This document shows, piece after piece, positions 24,722-37,523 of a stretch of 64,000 nt of DNA. The notes beneath the pieces are model-generated. The model did no database searches. It was not told where the DNA came from and saw only the letters and a program-made list of their open reading frames with translations. The translations under genes and the position numbers were made by a program. The first letter of the stretch is position 1. Each line of letters begins with the position of its first letter. This DNA is from Octopus sinensis (taxonomy: Eukaryota), in assembly GCF_006345805.1 (NCBI RefSeq), contig NC_043003.1, forward strand, positions 37,200,001-37,264,000, in the 5' to 3' direction.

Positions 24722-25738
24722 TATTAATGTTAGTGTTCGTTGATGCTTGTACTACTGATGGAAGTTCTATTAATGGTGGTTGCATTATTTTTAATGCAAA
24801 TGTTATTTAAAAATAGTTGTGTTCATGGCATCATGGTTTTGTTTTACTCAAGGTGAGCGTATTAGTTTCATTCGGCCTTATATTAGTGTTAGTGAATGAC
24901 TAATTCTTGTTCGTTACGTTTAGTATAATTGTGACGCTTGTGGTAGCGTCGGTATTAGTATCTAATATAACTATTAGTGTTGTTGTTGCTGGTTATCTTA
25001 GTGTTGTTGCAGTAACGTTACAAGTGGCCACCCGCCCCGGATGACGCTTTTATGGGGTCGGCATTTTTGGGTCTGTTGTATAAGCTTATATAACCCTGAG
25101 AGTTCGGCAGAGGGTGGACAAACTACTGGGTTTCCCTGGGGAGCACACGCATTAGCTCGACATTGTTTTATCATTGGTATCGCTGTATTTGCTAGTACTG
25201 GTCGTTCTCCTAGTGTTAGCGCTGGTATTTGTATTATAGTTAGTTTTGTTGATTGTAGTATCGTCATTTTGTAACTTCTACTGTTAGAATTCGTGGTGCA
25301 TTGTTGATTATATTAGTATTAAAGTTCTCACTTGTCTAAATGTTAGTGCGGCTGTTTGTGTTAATGCTGATGGCTGCGTAAATACTAATCGCTATGATCG
25401 TGAAACGTAAATCTCAATGTTAGTACACACGATTGTAATAGTATTGGTCTAGAGTTGGGCTTGGTTATGTTAATGTTTGTGCTGGGTTTTTACATTAGTA
25501 TCAGTGATTGCCATAATATTTACGTTTGGGTCAATTTTAGAAGTTTTCATTGTCTTAATGTCCGTGATTTTATCAATACTACGGTTTACTTTCGCGTTAG
25601 TATACGTGTTCGTGTTCCTTTATATATCATTGTTGGTGTTTGTGTTTTCAATATTGTCTTTGGTTTGCTGTATTAGTTTTTGTAGTTATGTAATTGGTGA
25701 TGGCCCTGTTAGTGCGTGTGTTAATATTGATTAGGTAT

Positions 25739-26410
25739 TAAGGCGGCGAGCTGGCAGAAACGTTAGCACGCCGGGCGAAATGCTTAGTGGTATTTCGTCT
25801 GCGGTTACGTTCTGAGTTCAAATTCCGCCGAGGTCGACTTTGCCTTTCATCCTTTCGGGGTCGATAAATTAAGTACCAGTTACGCACTGGAGTCGATGTA
25901 ATTGACTTAATCCGTTTGTCTGTCCTTGTTTGTCCTCTCTGTGTTTAGCCCCTTGTGGGTAGTAAAGAAATAGGTATTTCGCCCATCTTTACGATCTGAG
26001 GTCATATTCCGCCGAGGTCGACTTTGCCTTTCATCCTTTCGGGGTCGATAAATTAAGTATCAGTTGCATACTGGGGTGGATATAATTGACTGGGCCCCAT
26101 CCTCCAAATTCCAGGCCTTGTGTCTAAAGTAGAAAAGAATATTGATTAGATGTTGGTGTTACTGATGTTCTTTCGGTTAATACTAATGCTGATTTTTAAG
26201 GCGGCGAGCTGGCAGAATCGATAGCGCCCCGGGTAATATGCTTAGCAACATTTCGTCCGTTATTACGTTCTAGTTTCAAATTTCTCTGCGATCCACTTTG
26301 CCTTTCATCCTTTCGGGGTCGATAAAGTAGCACCTGTGCACTGTGGTCGATGTAATCGACTTGCACCTTCCCCTGGTCATGTTGGCTTTTATGCCAAAAT
26401 TCGAAATTAA
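25739..26410 (+). mobile_element. SINE A dimer (25739-26140) plus a monomer (26198-26410)
   Basis: Diagnostic blocks present, with a dimer junction AAAGAAATAG|GTATTTCG at about 25973. Confidence 0.9.
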
Positions 26411-26436
26411 TATTAATTCTGTCATATAAAGCGGCG

Positions 26437-26699
26437 TGCGGAGGTGCGTGGCTTAGTGGTTAGGGTGTCAGCATCCTGATCGTAAGATTGTGGTTTCGAT
26501 TCCTAGACCGGGTGACGCGTTGAGTTCTTGAGAAAAACACTTCATTTCACGTTGCTCCAGTCCACTCAGCTGGCAAAAATGAGTAACGCTGCGATGGACT
26601 GGCGTCCCGTCCAGCTGGGGAACATATACAGCATAGAAACCGGGAAACCGGGCCCATGAGCCTGGCTAGGCTTTAAAAGGGCGCATGTATTACTTTATT
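26437..26699 (+). mobile_element. tRNA-derived SINE (head 2, Meta-like, V-like segment, tail Y) with a 15-bp TSD
   Basis: TSD TCATATAAAGCGGCG at 26422-36 and 26700-14. A box TGGCTTAGTGG, B box GGTTTCGATTCC, and CTGCGATGGACTGGCGTCCCGTCCAG. Confidence 0.92.
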
Positions 26700-26705
26700 T
26701 CATAT

Positions 26706-26910
26706 AAAGCGGCGAGCTGGAAGAACTGTTAGCACGCCAGACAAAGTGCTTAGCGGCACTTCGTCCGTCCTAACGTTCTGAGTTCAAATTCCGCCGCGGT
26801 CTACTTCGCCTTTGATCCTTTCGGGGTCGATAAAATAAGTACCAGTCGATGTAATCGACTCAGTCCTCACTCCCTAAAATTTTGGCCTTGTGCCAACATT
26901 TAAAACCAAT
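26706..26910 (+). mobile_element. SINE A, the target of the preceding insertion
   Basis: AAAGCGGCGAGCTGGAAGAAC head followed by the standard body. Confidence 0.88.
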
Positions 26911-27201
26911 ATTAAAAGCTTCCTGTTTGCGTTAGTGTTGTATTTTTAGGTTTAGCCTAAGTTTTAGTGCTTCTGTTACTGTTAATAAATTTCTTCTTCT
27001 TCTTCTTCTTCCTGTCATTTTACTTTATTTATATTGTATTAATTCGTTCATTCATTTAATTTATCGTTCTTCTTGTCTTGGGGTTTATAATGATGTTTTA
27101 AAATAGAATAGGGGTGGAATCGGAAGGATTGGGTTAGAAGCATAGAGGAGAGAAGTGCTGGGGTGTCACAAATATTTTCAATATGATCCTCATCATCATC
27201 G

Positions 27202-27234
<33 letters not shown>

Positions 27235-27756
27235 ACATCAGCAACAGCAGCATCAATATCATCATCAGCATTATCAGCAGCAGCATCATCATCATTATCA
27301 TCTCATCATCATATCATCATCATCATCATTGCCTTCGTCACTGCAATAAAAATCATCGACGCTGTCATCATGAAAACAACGACAAAACAAGGAAAGGCAA
27401 AGCAGGGGAGAGAAGAGGAGGAGGAATTTGAAGACGAAGAGGCGGGGCAAGACGAGGAGGAGTGCTATAACACCAACAACAGTAAACAATAATAATAAAA
27501 ACAACGAATATTTCAGCAATGAATCCATAAATATGTTGAGTGATCGACAGAAAGAGAATGAAAGTGAAAGTCGAATAAAAAGATAGATAGAGAGAGAGAG
27601 AGAAAGAGAGAAAGGGAGAAAGACAGAAGTTGATGGAGAAAGATTGTTTGGGAGCGGGGGAGTAATATTCAAGGAGACTGAGAGGAAAATATTTGTCACA
27701 TATATAAACATATATACATTCATATATATTCATGCTATATACATATAACATATATA

Positions 27757-27795
<39 letters not shown>

Positions 27796-28053
27796 TATAT
27801 AGTGTGTGTGTGTGTGTGTGTATGTATATATATATATTATATATGTATATGTTTGTGTTATATATGATATTTATATGAAAATATATATTTACATATATTT
27901 ATATATATATACATATATACAAACACACAGACCACGCATATACATATATATGTATATGTCTCTCAATAAGTTTATATTTATATATATATATTTATATGCA
28001 TAGATATATATATATGTACATATATAAGTGTGTATGTATATGTAAATAGATAG

Positions 28054-28129
<76 letters not shown>

Positions 28130-28138
28130 GGATAGATG

Positions 28139-28242
<104 letters not shown>

Positions 28243-28319
28243 CAAGCAAGGGAGAAAGGGAGGATGGTGAGAAGAGAAGTAAAAGAAATATATGTATGGC
28301 TGTATGGGATAGAATTCCA

Positions 28320-28410
28320 TTTGCAGGGCAGGTGAAGATGAGCGTGAGTAGAAAAGCTATTACAGGTCTTCCTGCTTGGTGAATGCTTACTGCAATCTGG
28401 ATATCCATTA
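28320..28410 (+). mobile_element. Possible RTE-type LINE relic
   Basis: AGQVKMSVSR / LQVFLLGE resembles the RTE motif WAGHVRRM..R.PKQVF.GEL. Confidence 0.3.
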
Positions 28411-28648
28411 AGACAGAACACTTTAGATACATCACCGCATAACCAGAAACAAGTCCACTGAATTAAGTGATATCAAGTGTTTTCTTCTCCCCCACCTCCA
28501 CCATCCTCTCTAAACAGGGTTGCCAGCATTATCAGCAAACAGTGGTAACAGGCATTCATATTGGGTACATGCGTGTGTTTATATATGTAGTTATATTTGT
28601 ATATGTGTGTGTGTGTGTGCATGTATATATGTATGTATATATACATAA

Positions 28649-28700
<52 letters not shown>

Positions 28701-29245
28701 TATATGTATGTATGTATTGCACACATTTAGATATGCAAATAACATAAACTTATACAAGCATATATACATATTTATACAGTCACACACACACACATGTGCA
28801 CGTGTGTGTGCGTGCGTATGGGGTAAACGTGGGTGTGCAAATCTGAAGCACCACATACGTGTGAGTATAAATATACACGCATGTATATGTGTGTACGCAA
28901 CGCACAGTCGTGTGTGTGCCTGTACACGTGTGTGTATATGTGTGAGTGAGTGACAGAAGATCAATACAAGGATATCATATTTAAACTTACATAATGTATA
29001 CACACGTATACAAAACACGCTCACACACACACACACACACTCATATACACATATCTATTGTACATAGACACGCTGTAAATTATGTAATATAAAGATGTCA
29101 CTCTGTATAAAGAAATAACATCCAGAATACGCAGTTTTCGTAGAACATCCAGTTGATCAGAATACAAACGTACCCCACATTTATGGAAACGTTACACTCT
29201 AGACACCCACCACAGTCCAGAATATATCACCCACTCAAACTTCGT

Positions 29246-29445
29246 CCCAAAAATGTATGTCTATACCAAACCAGAAATTAAAGGTGATGAACGCATTAAA
29301 ATCTGAGGATGGCATTTTCATGATGTAACTCAAACATCAATTCTAATTACAAAACGACTACTATTATTAACACATCCTCGGGTTTTAGCGTGTTTGTCAC
29401 CTTTAATACTTAGACATACACTTTTGTAGACATACACTTTTGGGG
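29246..29445. mobile_element. Inverted-repeat element with an inner TTAA-flanked Kolobok-like MITE (29282-29402)
   Basis: TTAA|AGGTGATGAACGCATTAAAATCTGAGGATG versus CATCCTCGGGTTTTAGCGTGTTTGTCACCT|TTAA, with outer arms CCCAAAAATGTATGTCTA / TAGACATACACTTTTGGG. Confidence 0.55.
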
Positions 29446-29552
29446 AGAAATTTTAAGCACTAGATGTATTCTGAAAATTTTATCGAGGCGTGGATCCATC
29501 TCATGGGATCTATTTTTCTATTATCTTCCATGTTCTATGCGGTACGATAAAA

Positions 29553-29800
29553 TTTTCAAGAATGGATGTAGCTTGGCCGATTGGTTAAGAAGTTCAGATC
29601 GGAAAAATTAGATCCCGACTTCGATCCATGTTCCTTGAGTATTTTTTACCCTATTCTCGGGAAGACCTAAACCTTGCGAGTGAAACCGCGTTTATGGGAA
29701 TTGCGTGAAAGCCCATCGGGTGGATACCTGTAACACGAAGCTCTAGCCTTGTCACATATCGTGTCAAGCCTGGCAGTAACACTGAGGGTAACTTTGTTCA
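29553..29800 (+). mobile_element. Old SINE with a B-like head/body and a tail-X-like end
   Basis: Degenerate tRNA head, plus CCTTGTCACATATCGTGTCAAGC resembling CCTTGTCACTCTCTGTGTCACGC of 50102-50483. Confidence 0.45.
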
Positions 29801-29817
29801 AGCTGCTTACACATTCT

Positions 29818-30216
29818 TTTCTAATCTAGGCGCAAGGCCCGAAATTGTGGGAGAGGGGGCCAATTGATTAGACCGACCCCAGTACGCAACTGATACTTAA
29901 TTTATCGACCCCGAAAGGATGAAAGGCAAAGTCGACCTCGGCGAAATTCGAACTCAGAACGTAAAGACAGACGAAATACCTATTTCTTTACTACCCACAA
30001 GGGGCTAAACACAGAGAGGACAAACAAGGACAGACAAAAGGATTAAGTCGATTATATCGACCCCCAGTGCGTAACTGGTACTTATTTAATCGACCCCGAA
30101 AGGATGAAAGGCAAAGTCGACCTCGGCAGAATTTGAACTCAGAACGCAGCGGCAGATGAAATGCCGCAAAGCATTTCGCTCGGCGTGCTAACGTTTCTGC
30201 CAGCTCACCGCCTTCA
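29818..30216 (-). mobile_element. SINE A dimer; an older monomer lies at 30805-30980
   Basis: Two GGATGAAAGGCAAAGTCGACCTCGG blocks, with the junction at about 29980. Confidence 0.92.
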
Positions 30217-30662
30217 AGCTGTTTACACATTAATTCAATAAGTTGCTCAGTTGATCAACTTAATATTCCTCACCACAACATATAGTGATCCATTAATTTC
30301 TATTCAAAAGACTCATTAAGTGTTTTGAATGACAGGAAGAGAATTTATATGTGAGCAAAATATCATGTATTAGATAACGAATTTAGTTTAGCAGTGAATA
30401 ACGTGTACCAACAGTTTCTATATTTCTCAGTATGATCCTTGGACTTATGCTGTGTCCGATACCAAAACCTTTTTGTATTCATTTCTCTTTACATTAAATA
30501 GTAAAGGTTTTAACTCAATCACAGCGACAATGTCTATCGTTGATAATAATGAATTTAAAAAGAAAAGGAAGAAAACAGCCCCCTTTTTTTTTAAATTCCA
30601 TGTCTCAGAAGCTTTTATCTTCAACAATAAGGAAACTAAGGAAAAAGAAATTAAACACTTAC

Positions 30663-30714
30663 CTGCATGGATCAATGGGAGTAAAATGGAAACCGTCTGA
30701 AACTTTAGGTTCAT
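30663..30714 (-). CDS. Candidate first coding exon encoding a signal peptide (MNLKFQTVSILLPLIHA, then phase 1)
   Basis: ATG with A at -3, consensus donor CAG|GTAAGT, possible acceptor TCTTCACTTAG| at 30737, and a basic n-region, hydrophobic core and I-H-A c-region. Confidence 0.45.
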
Positions 30715-31929
30715 ATTTCTCCAACGCTACAAGTTCCTAAGTGAAGACGATCTAGCGGGGCTTTTACTTCCTTGTGATGTTAAATAATTATTTCCAATAA
30801 TGGCACTAGGCCTGATATTTTGAGGAGGTGAAAATCGATTACATGAACCCCCATTAATTGAATAGTTCTTACTTTATCGACTCCCTAAAGAGGCTGAATT
30901 TGAACTCAACAATAAGTTGGAAGAAATTTTTTCAACGCAACTTTCCCCTATGCGTTAATGACTCTGCCAGCTCGCCGTCTCTTGATGCTAAACAACGTAA
31001 AATATTTTACACACAAGTCGGAGCTGTATTATAACGTGGCTAGAACAATATTTTGATCACCTACTTTGTAATATTTGTAATATACGTTAGCTTATCCAAA
31101 GCTGATTTTTTATGTTAATGTTTAAACCTCACATCAGATCTTATTGCACAGACCTGTGATCCAAAAGACCATGACCTGATCATCGTGTTTTTTTTCCTTT
31201 TCAGGCATTGAGCACCGATGACAACATCATATAACGCGTCCTTCTACTTTTAAGTCAAACGATCCGATGTGAAGCTTACCTACGGTTTCTAACTAGCAAC
31301 CAGCTATATTGCTCCCCTGCATCTTGTAGAGTTTTAATAATCCCAACACAAAATGCAAGAGTTATTGGCCTGTAGATCGTAAATTCAAGATTACCAGTTC
31401 TCTACAGAATTTCTAGATGCGCCATCCGAACTATATTTGTCTTTAACATGATCCAGAAGCGTTTTATGTGTATTTGTGCCCACAAAACTATATCAAAAGC
31501 CAGTTGCCAACCAAAAATGAACATGCAACTGAGCAAGTTTGTTCTAAAGTAACAGTTGTAAGATATGCATGTGAGAATATATTGGATAGAATCGGTAGTG
31601 CATCAGACAAAAATGCTTTTCAGCATTTAGTAATAGTAACGACCCCTTACATTCTGAGATCAAGCTCCCACGAGATCAACTTTGTATTTCATACTTTGAA
31701 GAGGAAATAAAGTTAGAATAAAGCACCATTCTAGCAACAGGGTTGATATAATCGACAACCCTCTCCCGAAATTTATGAGGCCGTTCGCTAATGTAAATCA
31801 GCTTGAAATCAGTTTTTTATGTAATTCTGGTACGATCTTAGTCTTCTGGGTTTGCTTCATTCTTATGTTAATTTTAAATATGTATATTAATTGTCGCTAA
31901 TCAGACAGAAGGAAATCTAATGAATCAAC

Positions 31930-32560
31930 CCACCTTGTAGCATGAATGTAGCTACGAACATAGCTAGGAAATTCTTATAACTAATAGAGAACCACTTTCC
32001 ACATTCACACAAATACCACAAGATCTTGAACAGAAATACTGTTAAAGTTAGCTATAGTTGCCTCCCCAATATAGGGGTGATAATACTCAATCACATTAAA
32101 CATAAACACACGAGAAACATCCCCGAAAGACAATGCAACTGTAGATCCCCAAACCGCTGCCCTCTAAACAACAACTGTAACGAGAAAGCATTCGTATACA
32201 AGGTCAAGATCACAGACCCCAACGGAATAGCAAAGACATATATCGGAATGACGGGTAACTAGATAAAGGAAAGGTATACATAATATCTGGCGTCATTCGG
32301 AGACAAAGACAAAAACATGCAGCATTCCTGTCAAATATGATATGGATACTGAAAGACCGTTGAATAAGCAACCCACAGATAGAATAGGAAATTATTGCTA
32401 AAGCCTAAAATTACAGAGGCCGGGGTACCAAATGTGAACTCCGTATTATTGAAAAATTAAACATTATACAATCAACAGATAACATCCTAAACATTAGGGA
32501 TGAAATCTTCTCTCCCTATATACACAAGCAATATTTTACACTCAAATATTTCAAAGAAGA
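31930..32560 (+). mobile_element. Penelope-like element 3' fragment (linker plus GIY-YIG)
   Basis: NVATNIARKFL..HFPHSHKYHKILNRNTVKVSYSCLPN...CNCRSPNRCPLNNNC..FVYKVKI..KTYIGMTG, then stops and frameshifts. Confidence 0.85.
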
Positions 32561-33202
32561 GTCCCTATCCGCGACGGTAACCCACCAGTATAGCCTCTTT
32601 CCTAAACATGAACACACATAGCACACAAACTTCACGCAAAGAAGAAATATGCCCCAATGACGAACTACCTCAGCACATAACTATAAGGACACCATGCTCA
32701 GAACAAAAACAAAATAATGCAAATTCACCACACAAGACATTTACCCAAAAAACAAATCCGAGGCAAACATCCAAAAGATGACTCTCAAGAGTATCGTCCC
32801 TTGATTCGTTGATTCCTTGTTTTATTCACACGAATTTACTAGAACCCCCGCGAACTAAAGGAGTTTGTTTTCCAAAATGGAGGCGAACACCATTCTCCAT
32901 GTGATCCGCTTGAAAAATTATTAAGACACTGGAATATTTTCCTACTTTTTTAACATGAAACCAATGGTAGCCTTAATTCACAAATAAAGAAGTTATATTC
33001 ACGAATGCGGTGTTGAGCACTCATTTTCACGTTCGACATTTAAGCATATATAATATTATATATATAATATATAATATTATATATATATATATATATTATA
33101 TAATATATATCAACAATTGAGGGTAAAATTAATTAGTTATTAATCAATTTCACCAAGTATTCAGTATGTAAAAGGACCATTAAGGCGAATTCAAAATATT
33201 AC

Positions 33203-33347
33203 ATTATATAATTAGGGCTTAGTAAAATAAATTACTTTGCCACATACTGAACTTACTAGAAATGGCTAAAAAGCTTTTTTTTGCTGCTATTCTAGTAAGT
33301 CAGTATGTGGCAAAGTAATTTATTTTACTAAGCCCTAATTATATAAT
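33203..33347. repeat. 145-bp near-perfect palindrome
   Basis: 59/58-nt arms identical except for a 1-nt indel (ATTATATAATTAGGGCTTAGTAAAATAAATTACTTTGCCACATACTGA), with a partly self-complementary 28-nt spacer. Confidence 0.95.
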
Positions 33348-33387
33348 ATATATATATTATATATATATATATATATTATATATATTA

Positions 33388-33790
33388 TACTCTTTTACTT
33401 GTTTCAGTCATTTTGACTCCGGCTATATTGGAGCACCGCCTTTAGTCGAGCAGATCGACCCCAGTACTTATTCTTTGTAAGCCCAGTACTTATTCTATTG
33501 GTCTCTTTTGCCGAACCGCTAAGTGACGGGGACGTAAACACACCAGCATCGGTTGGCAAGCAATGCTAGAAGGACAAACACAGCAGACACACTAACACAC
33601 ACATATATATATATACATATATACGACAGGCTTCTTTCAGTTTCCGTCTACCAAATCCACTCACAAGGCATTGGTCGGCCCGGGGCTATAGCAGAAGACA
33701 CTTGCCCAAGATGCCACACAGTGGGACTGAACCCGGGACCAGGTGGTTGGTTAGCAAGCTACTTACCACACAGCCACTCCTGCAGAGTTA
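33388..33790 (-). mobile_element. Full-length SINE B
   Basis: From the tRNA-like head (GGAGTGGCTGTGTGGTAAGTAGCTTG) to the TGACTGAAACAAGTAAAAGAG tail. Confidence 0.93.
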
Positions 33791-34109
33791 GATGGAGTAT
33801 AACTGCTACAAGCGAATTTCTAGCATCACGTTGCGTATCATCATCCACTCTGCCTCCAGTAAAGTGGTGTGTACTCTATAGTATTACGGGTTGTGATATA
33901 CACAGCAAAAAGAGGAGAAAAACGATAAACACCACATGCATATTTTAACCCTACGCACGTTTCGCCATTGCAGCCATTTGCATCTCCTTCAACGGGTATT
34001 ATCAGTGCATTTGGACGCAGATCCACAGCGTTTCTTAACACAACATAAACGCACATATACAATAATACACGCATACACACACACACATACACACATACAC
34101 ATTCATACA

Positions 34110-34140
<31 letters not shown>

Positions 34141-34476
34141 CATACATACATACATGCATTCATCCATCCATCCATACATACATACTTACATACATGTCTG
34201 TCCTCACCATGGATCCTCAACACCTTGCAGTAACGTATGGTCTGCTTTTAGCAATTTTAAAAGCTGTCGAAACCCATTCTTTTCCGAGAAAAGAAAGATG
34301 GAAAGAACCAGCCGTAGTACTGATATCTTTTATATACTTACCCAATAGTGAATAAAACAGAAAGTTCACCTCGGTGGGACTTCAAATTCGGAGGCAGAAA
34401 ACCGCATTAAATGATACAAGGCTTTCTATCAGATACATTAATAGATCAACCATTTCGATTATAAATCTATGGATCG

Positions 34477-34520
<44 letters not shown>

Positions 34521-35486
34521 TCATCCTCTCTCTCTCTCTCTCTCTTTTTTCTCTCTGTCTCTTTTTGTATTTATTGTTCTTTTAAAATATACAAAACGAC
34601 CTCTCGGCATCTATCTTGTGTGCGGTCACGACCTACTTATATTTATGTATATATTTGTGTTTGTAATCATTTTCAGACCTCTTGCTTTCAAACAATATGT
34701 TAACTGTCTCACAAATAACTGACCCCTCTTTTGTATAACTTCTTATTTCCCTCTCCATCTCTCATTGGCTCTCTTTTTCAATATACATTCCTATCTTTCT
34801 ACTTCCTCTTTCTCTGTCTCTTGAGTATACTGTATTTGTTTATTCATTTCTTTATTTTACTATGCTGTTTACGAATGTTTTGTTTATCCCTTTTGTGGTT
34901 GCCCAACTTAGTTTCTTCCTTCCTTTATCTCTTTTTTCTCTCGCTTCATTTTCTCACTCTTTGTTTTGTATTTTCTTTCTCCTTTTATCTCTCCCTTTCA
35001 CTTGTATCTGAATCCCTTTTATCTTTTTCAGCAAATTGCTTACTTTTCTACTTCCCTCGCAAATCACTTTATAAATTGTGATCTACCCAAATCTGCTCAA
35101 ATCTAAGCATAAGTTCTCTCTAAAATAATTCAATAAATTGTACTCTGATGATCCATTGCAGTTCAGTATCCAATTACGCGTCTAAGGTCTAATGTAGAGT
35201 TACGAACAACCACAATAGTGAAACGTACGTAGGAGCAAATTATATAAACTTGTTTAATTTTAGTTTCTGGTGTATATATTTAAAGAACATGAGAGATTTA
35301 GTTCACTTTTGATCTAAAGGAATAGGTAGGCTGACCGTTAGGTTCCAAGATCACAAGATCACGGCTAAGGCTGGATCTAGAGTCCGTGTTAGGGTTCTGT
35401 TATATCAGGTATGTATTATATAAGAGGAAAAATCAAAACCAAAACAGAACGAGTATTTCAAGTCATTTAGAATAATTCAATTTAAA

Positions 35487-35546
35487 GTCTTAAATCTGTT
35501 TCTGGGATACCCAAGTGGTAGGTTAGCTTGTCCGTCATCAGAGACA
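35487..35546 (-). ncRNA. Decayed type I hammerhead in the pLTR
   Basis: GTCT-CTGATGA-CGGACAAGCTAACCTACCACTTGGGTATCCCA-GAA-ACAGATTT-A-AGAC. The 5' strand of stem II is deleted. Confidence 0.55.
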
Positions 35547-35961
35547 GGGTATGAATATTTTAGATTGGGGAAAAATTTACAGTTTACAAGGAATAAAATT
35601 TACAGTTGATAAGGAATAAAAAAGAAGAATAAAAAATTGAAATAGATTAATAAAGAATAAAGGTACTTAGAAGAATACAGGCAGGAAAATAATGTTGACA
35701 ACTCATCTGTTTCCAGAGGATATGGATGCTGGTTGGTATTTTCATGAAAATACAGGTCTTTAGTTAAGATCCCAGACAGTGTTTTGATTGATGTTTTCAT
35801 ATTGTAAAATGTGTATGAAGAAACTATGATGGACATAAATGGGTTTTGTGAGTGGTGTATGAGAGAGAGGAAAAAGAGAGAAAGAGAGGTAAGAGAAAGG
35901 AATACAAATAAGATAGTCGTAAAAGGGTAAAAAATAAGAATAAAATATAAATATAAATATA

Positions 35962-35998
<37 letters not shown>

Positions 35999-36227
35999 TC
36001 ATAATAAAATAATAATAATAATGATAATAATAATAATAATAATAATAAAAGATAAAGGAATGATAAAATAATATAAATGTAAATAATAAGGTATCATTTT
36101 GGGTTTGTGAGTGAGTGTATATGGAAGAGAGAAAAAAGGGGAATAAAAATAAAATAAGATAGAGGTAACAGGGTAAAAAATAAGAATAGAAAAAAAATAG
36201 ATAGAAGTAAAGGTAATGATATATATT

Positions 36228-36417
36228 TCTTTACTGCCCACAAGGGGCTAAACATAGAGGGGACAAACAAGGACAGATAAAGGGATTAAGTCGATTAAAT
36301 CGACTCCAGTGTGAAACTGGTACTTTATTTATCGACCCCGAAAGGATGAAAGGCAAAGTCGCCTCGGTGGAATTTGAACTCAGAACGTAACGACAGACGA
36401 AATACCGCTAAGCATTT
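36228..36417 (-). mobile_element. SINE A, 5'-truncated, inside the PLE
   Basis: Standard body and tail blocks. Confidence 0.9.
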
Positions 36418-36800
36418 CAACATGTAGAAAAAACTTTGTTTTGTTTATTTAGTAATTGCGGTGAATCTATTATGGCCCAGGATATTTTATATGGTACTTT
36501 TCTATTTATTAGATGGTGTATATAGTTGGGTAGGATGGTAGATTTGCTATGCTTCTCATACTTAAATGAGTTTATATGTGCAGAATAACTCTGTTTAAAA
36601 CAAATAGTAGACCCGATATAATAGTTAGAATTATGCAATATGTTGTGGACCTAAACCTTCTGCAGTGGGCTTGCAACGGGTATTCGGTCGCGGATCGGCA
36701 ATTGCATCTATCTATCCTAAGAGTGTTATTAGTGGAAAGGGAAGATGCACTACTATTTATGGAGATTTTAAAATTAAGGGTGTTATTAAAGGATTGGCAC
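36418..36800 (-). pseudogene. GIY-YIG endonuclease relic
   Basis: RCNCRSATEYPLQAHC / HNSNYYIGSTICFKQSYSAHINSFKYEKHSKSTILPNYIHHL..YKISWAII, the same type as 31930-32560. Confidence 0.85.
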
Positions 36801-36827
36801 GTATTATAATTATTGTTGTTGTTGTTG

Positions 36828-36887
<60 letters not shown>

Positions 36888-37065
36888 GTCGTTTGTAGTA
36901 GTAGTGGTATTATCACTCAATAACATGTTTATCATTACCTTTACTGTTTTTAGTTTATTTTTATTATTTTTATTTATATTTTTATTGTTATTTTATTCTT
37001 ATTTTTACCCTTTTACCACTATCTTATTTTTTATTCCTTTTTCCTATCTACCTTTCTCCCCCACC

Positions 37066-37108
<43 letters not shown>

Positions 37109-37423
37109 ATCATACACCCACTTACAAAACCCATTTATGTCCACCATACTTTCTATAAACACATTTACAATATGAATACATCATTCAAAATGCTGTCAAA
37201 ATACTGCCTGGATATACCTGGGATATTAACTAAAGCCCTGTACTTTCATGGACGTACCGACCAACATCCATACCCTCTGAGGTGAATTGAGAACATTATC
37301 TTCTTGCCTATATTCTTTAACTACTCTTTATTCTTCTATTTTAATCCTTTATTCTTCCATATATAATCAGTGAATTCTATTCTTTGTAAACTGTAAATTT
37401 TTCCCGTCTAAAATATTCATACC

Positions 37424-37476
37424 TTGCCACTGATGACGGAATACCCAGTGCATGGACATGCTAACGATTGTAACAC
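37424..37476 (+). ncRNA. Decayed hammerhead, second pLTR copy
   Basis: CTGATGA-CGGAATACCCAGTGCATGGACATGCTAAC|GATTGTAACAC. The 3' strand of stem II and GAAA are deleted. Confidence 0.5.
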
Positions 37477-37523
37477 TTCAAATTAAATTACTCTAAATGA
37501 TTTGAGATACTCGTTCTGCTTTG

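Noticed and set aside
31650-31720. Minus-strand segment with a good acceptor and GTAAGG donor
   Set aside because: There are stops in all frames, and the sequence is a decayed SINE A block.
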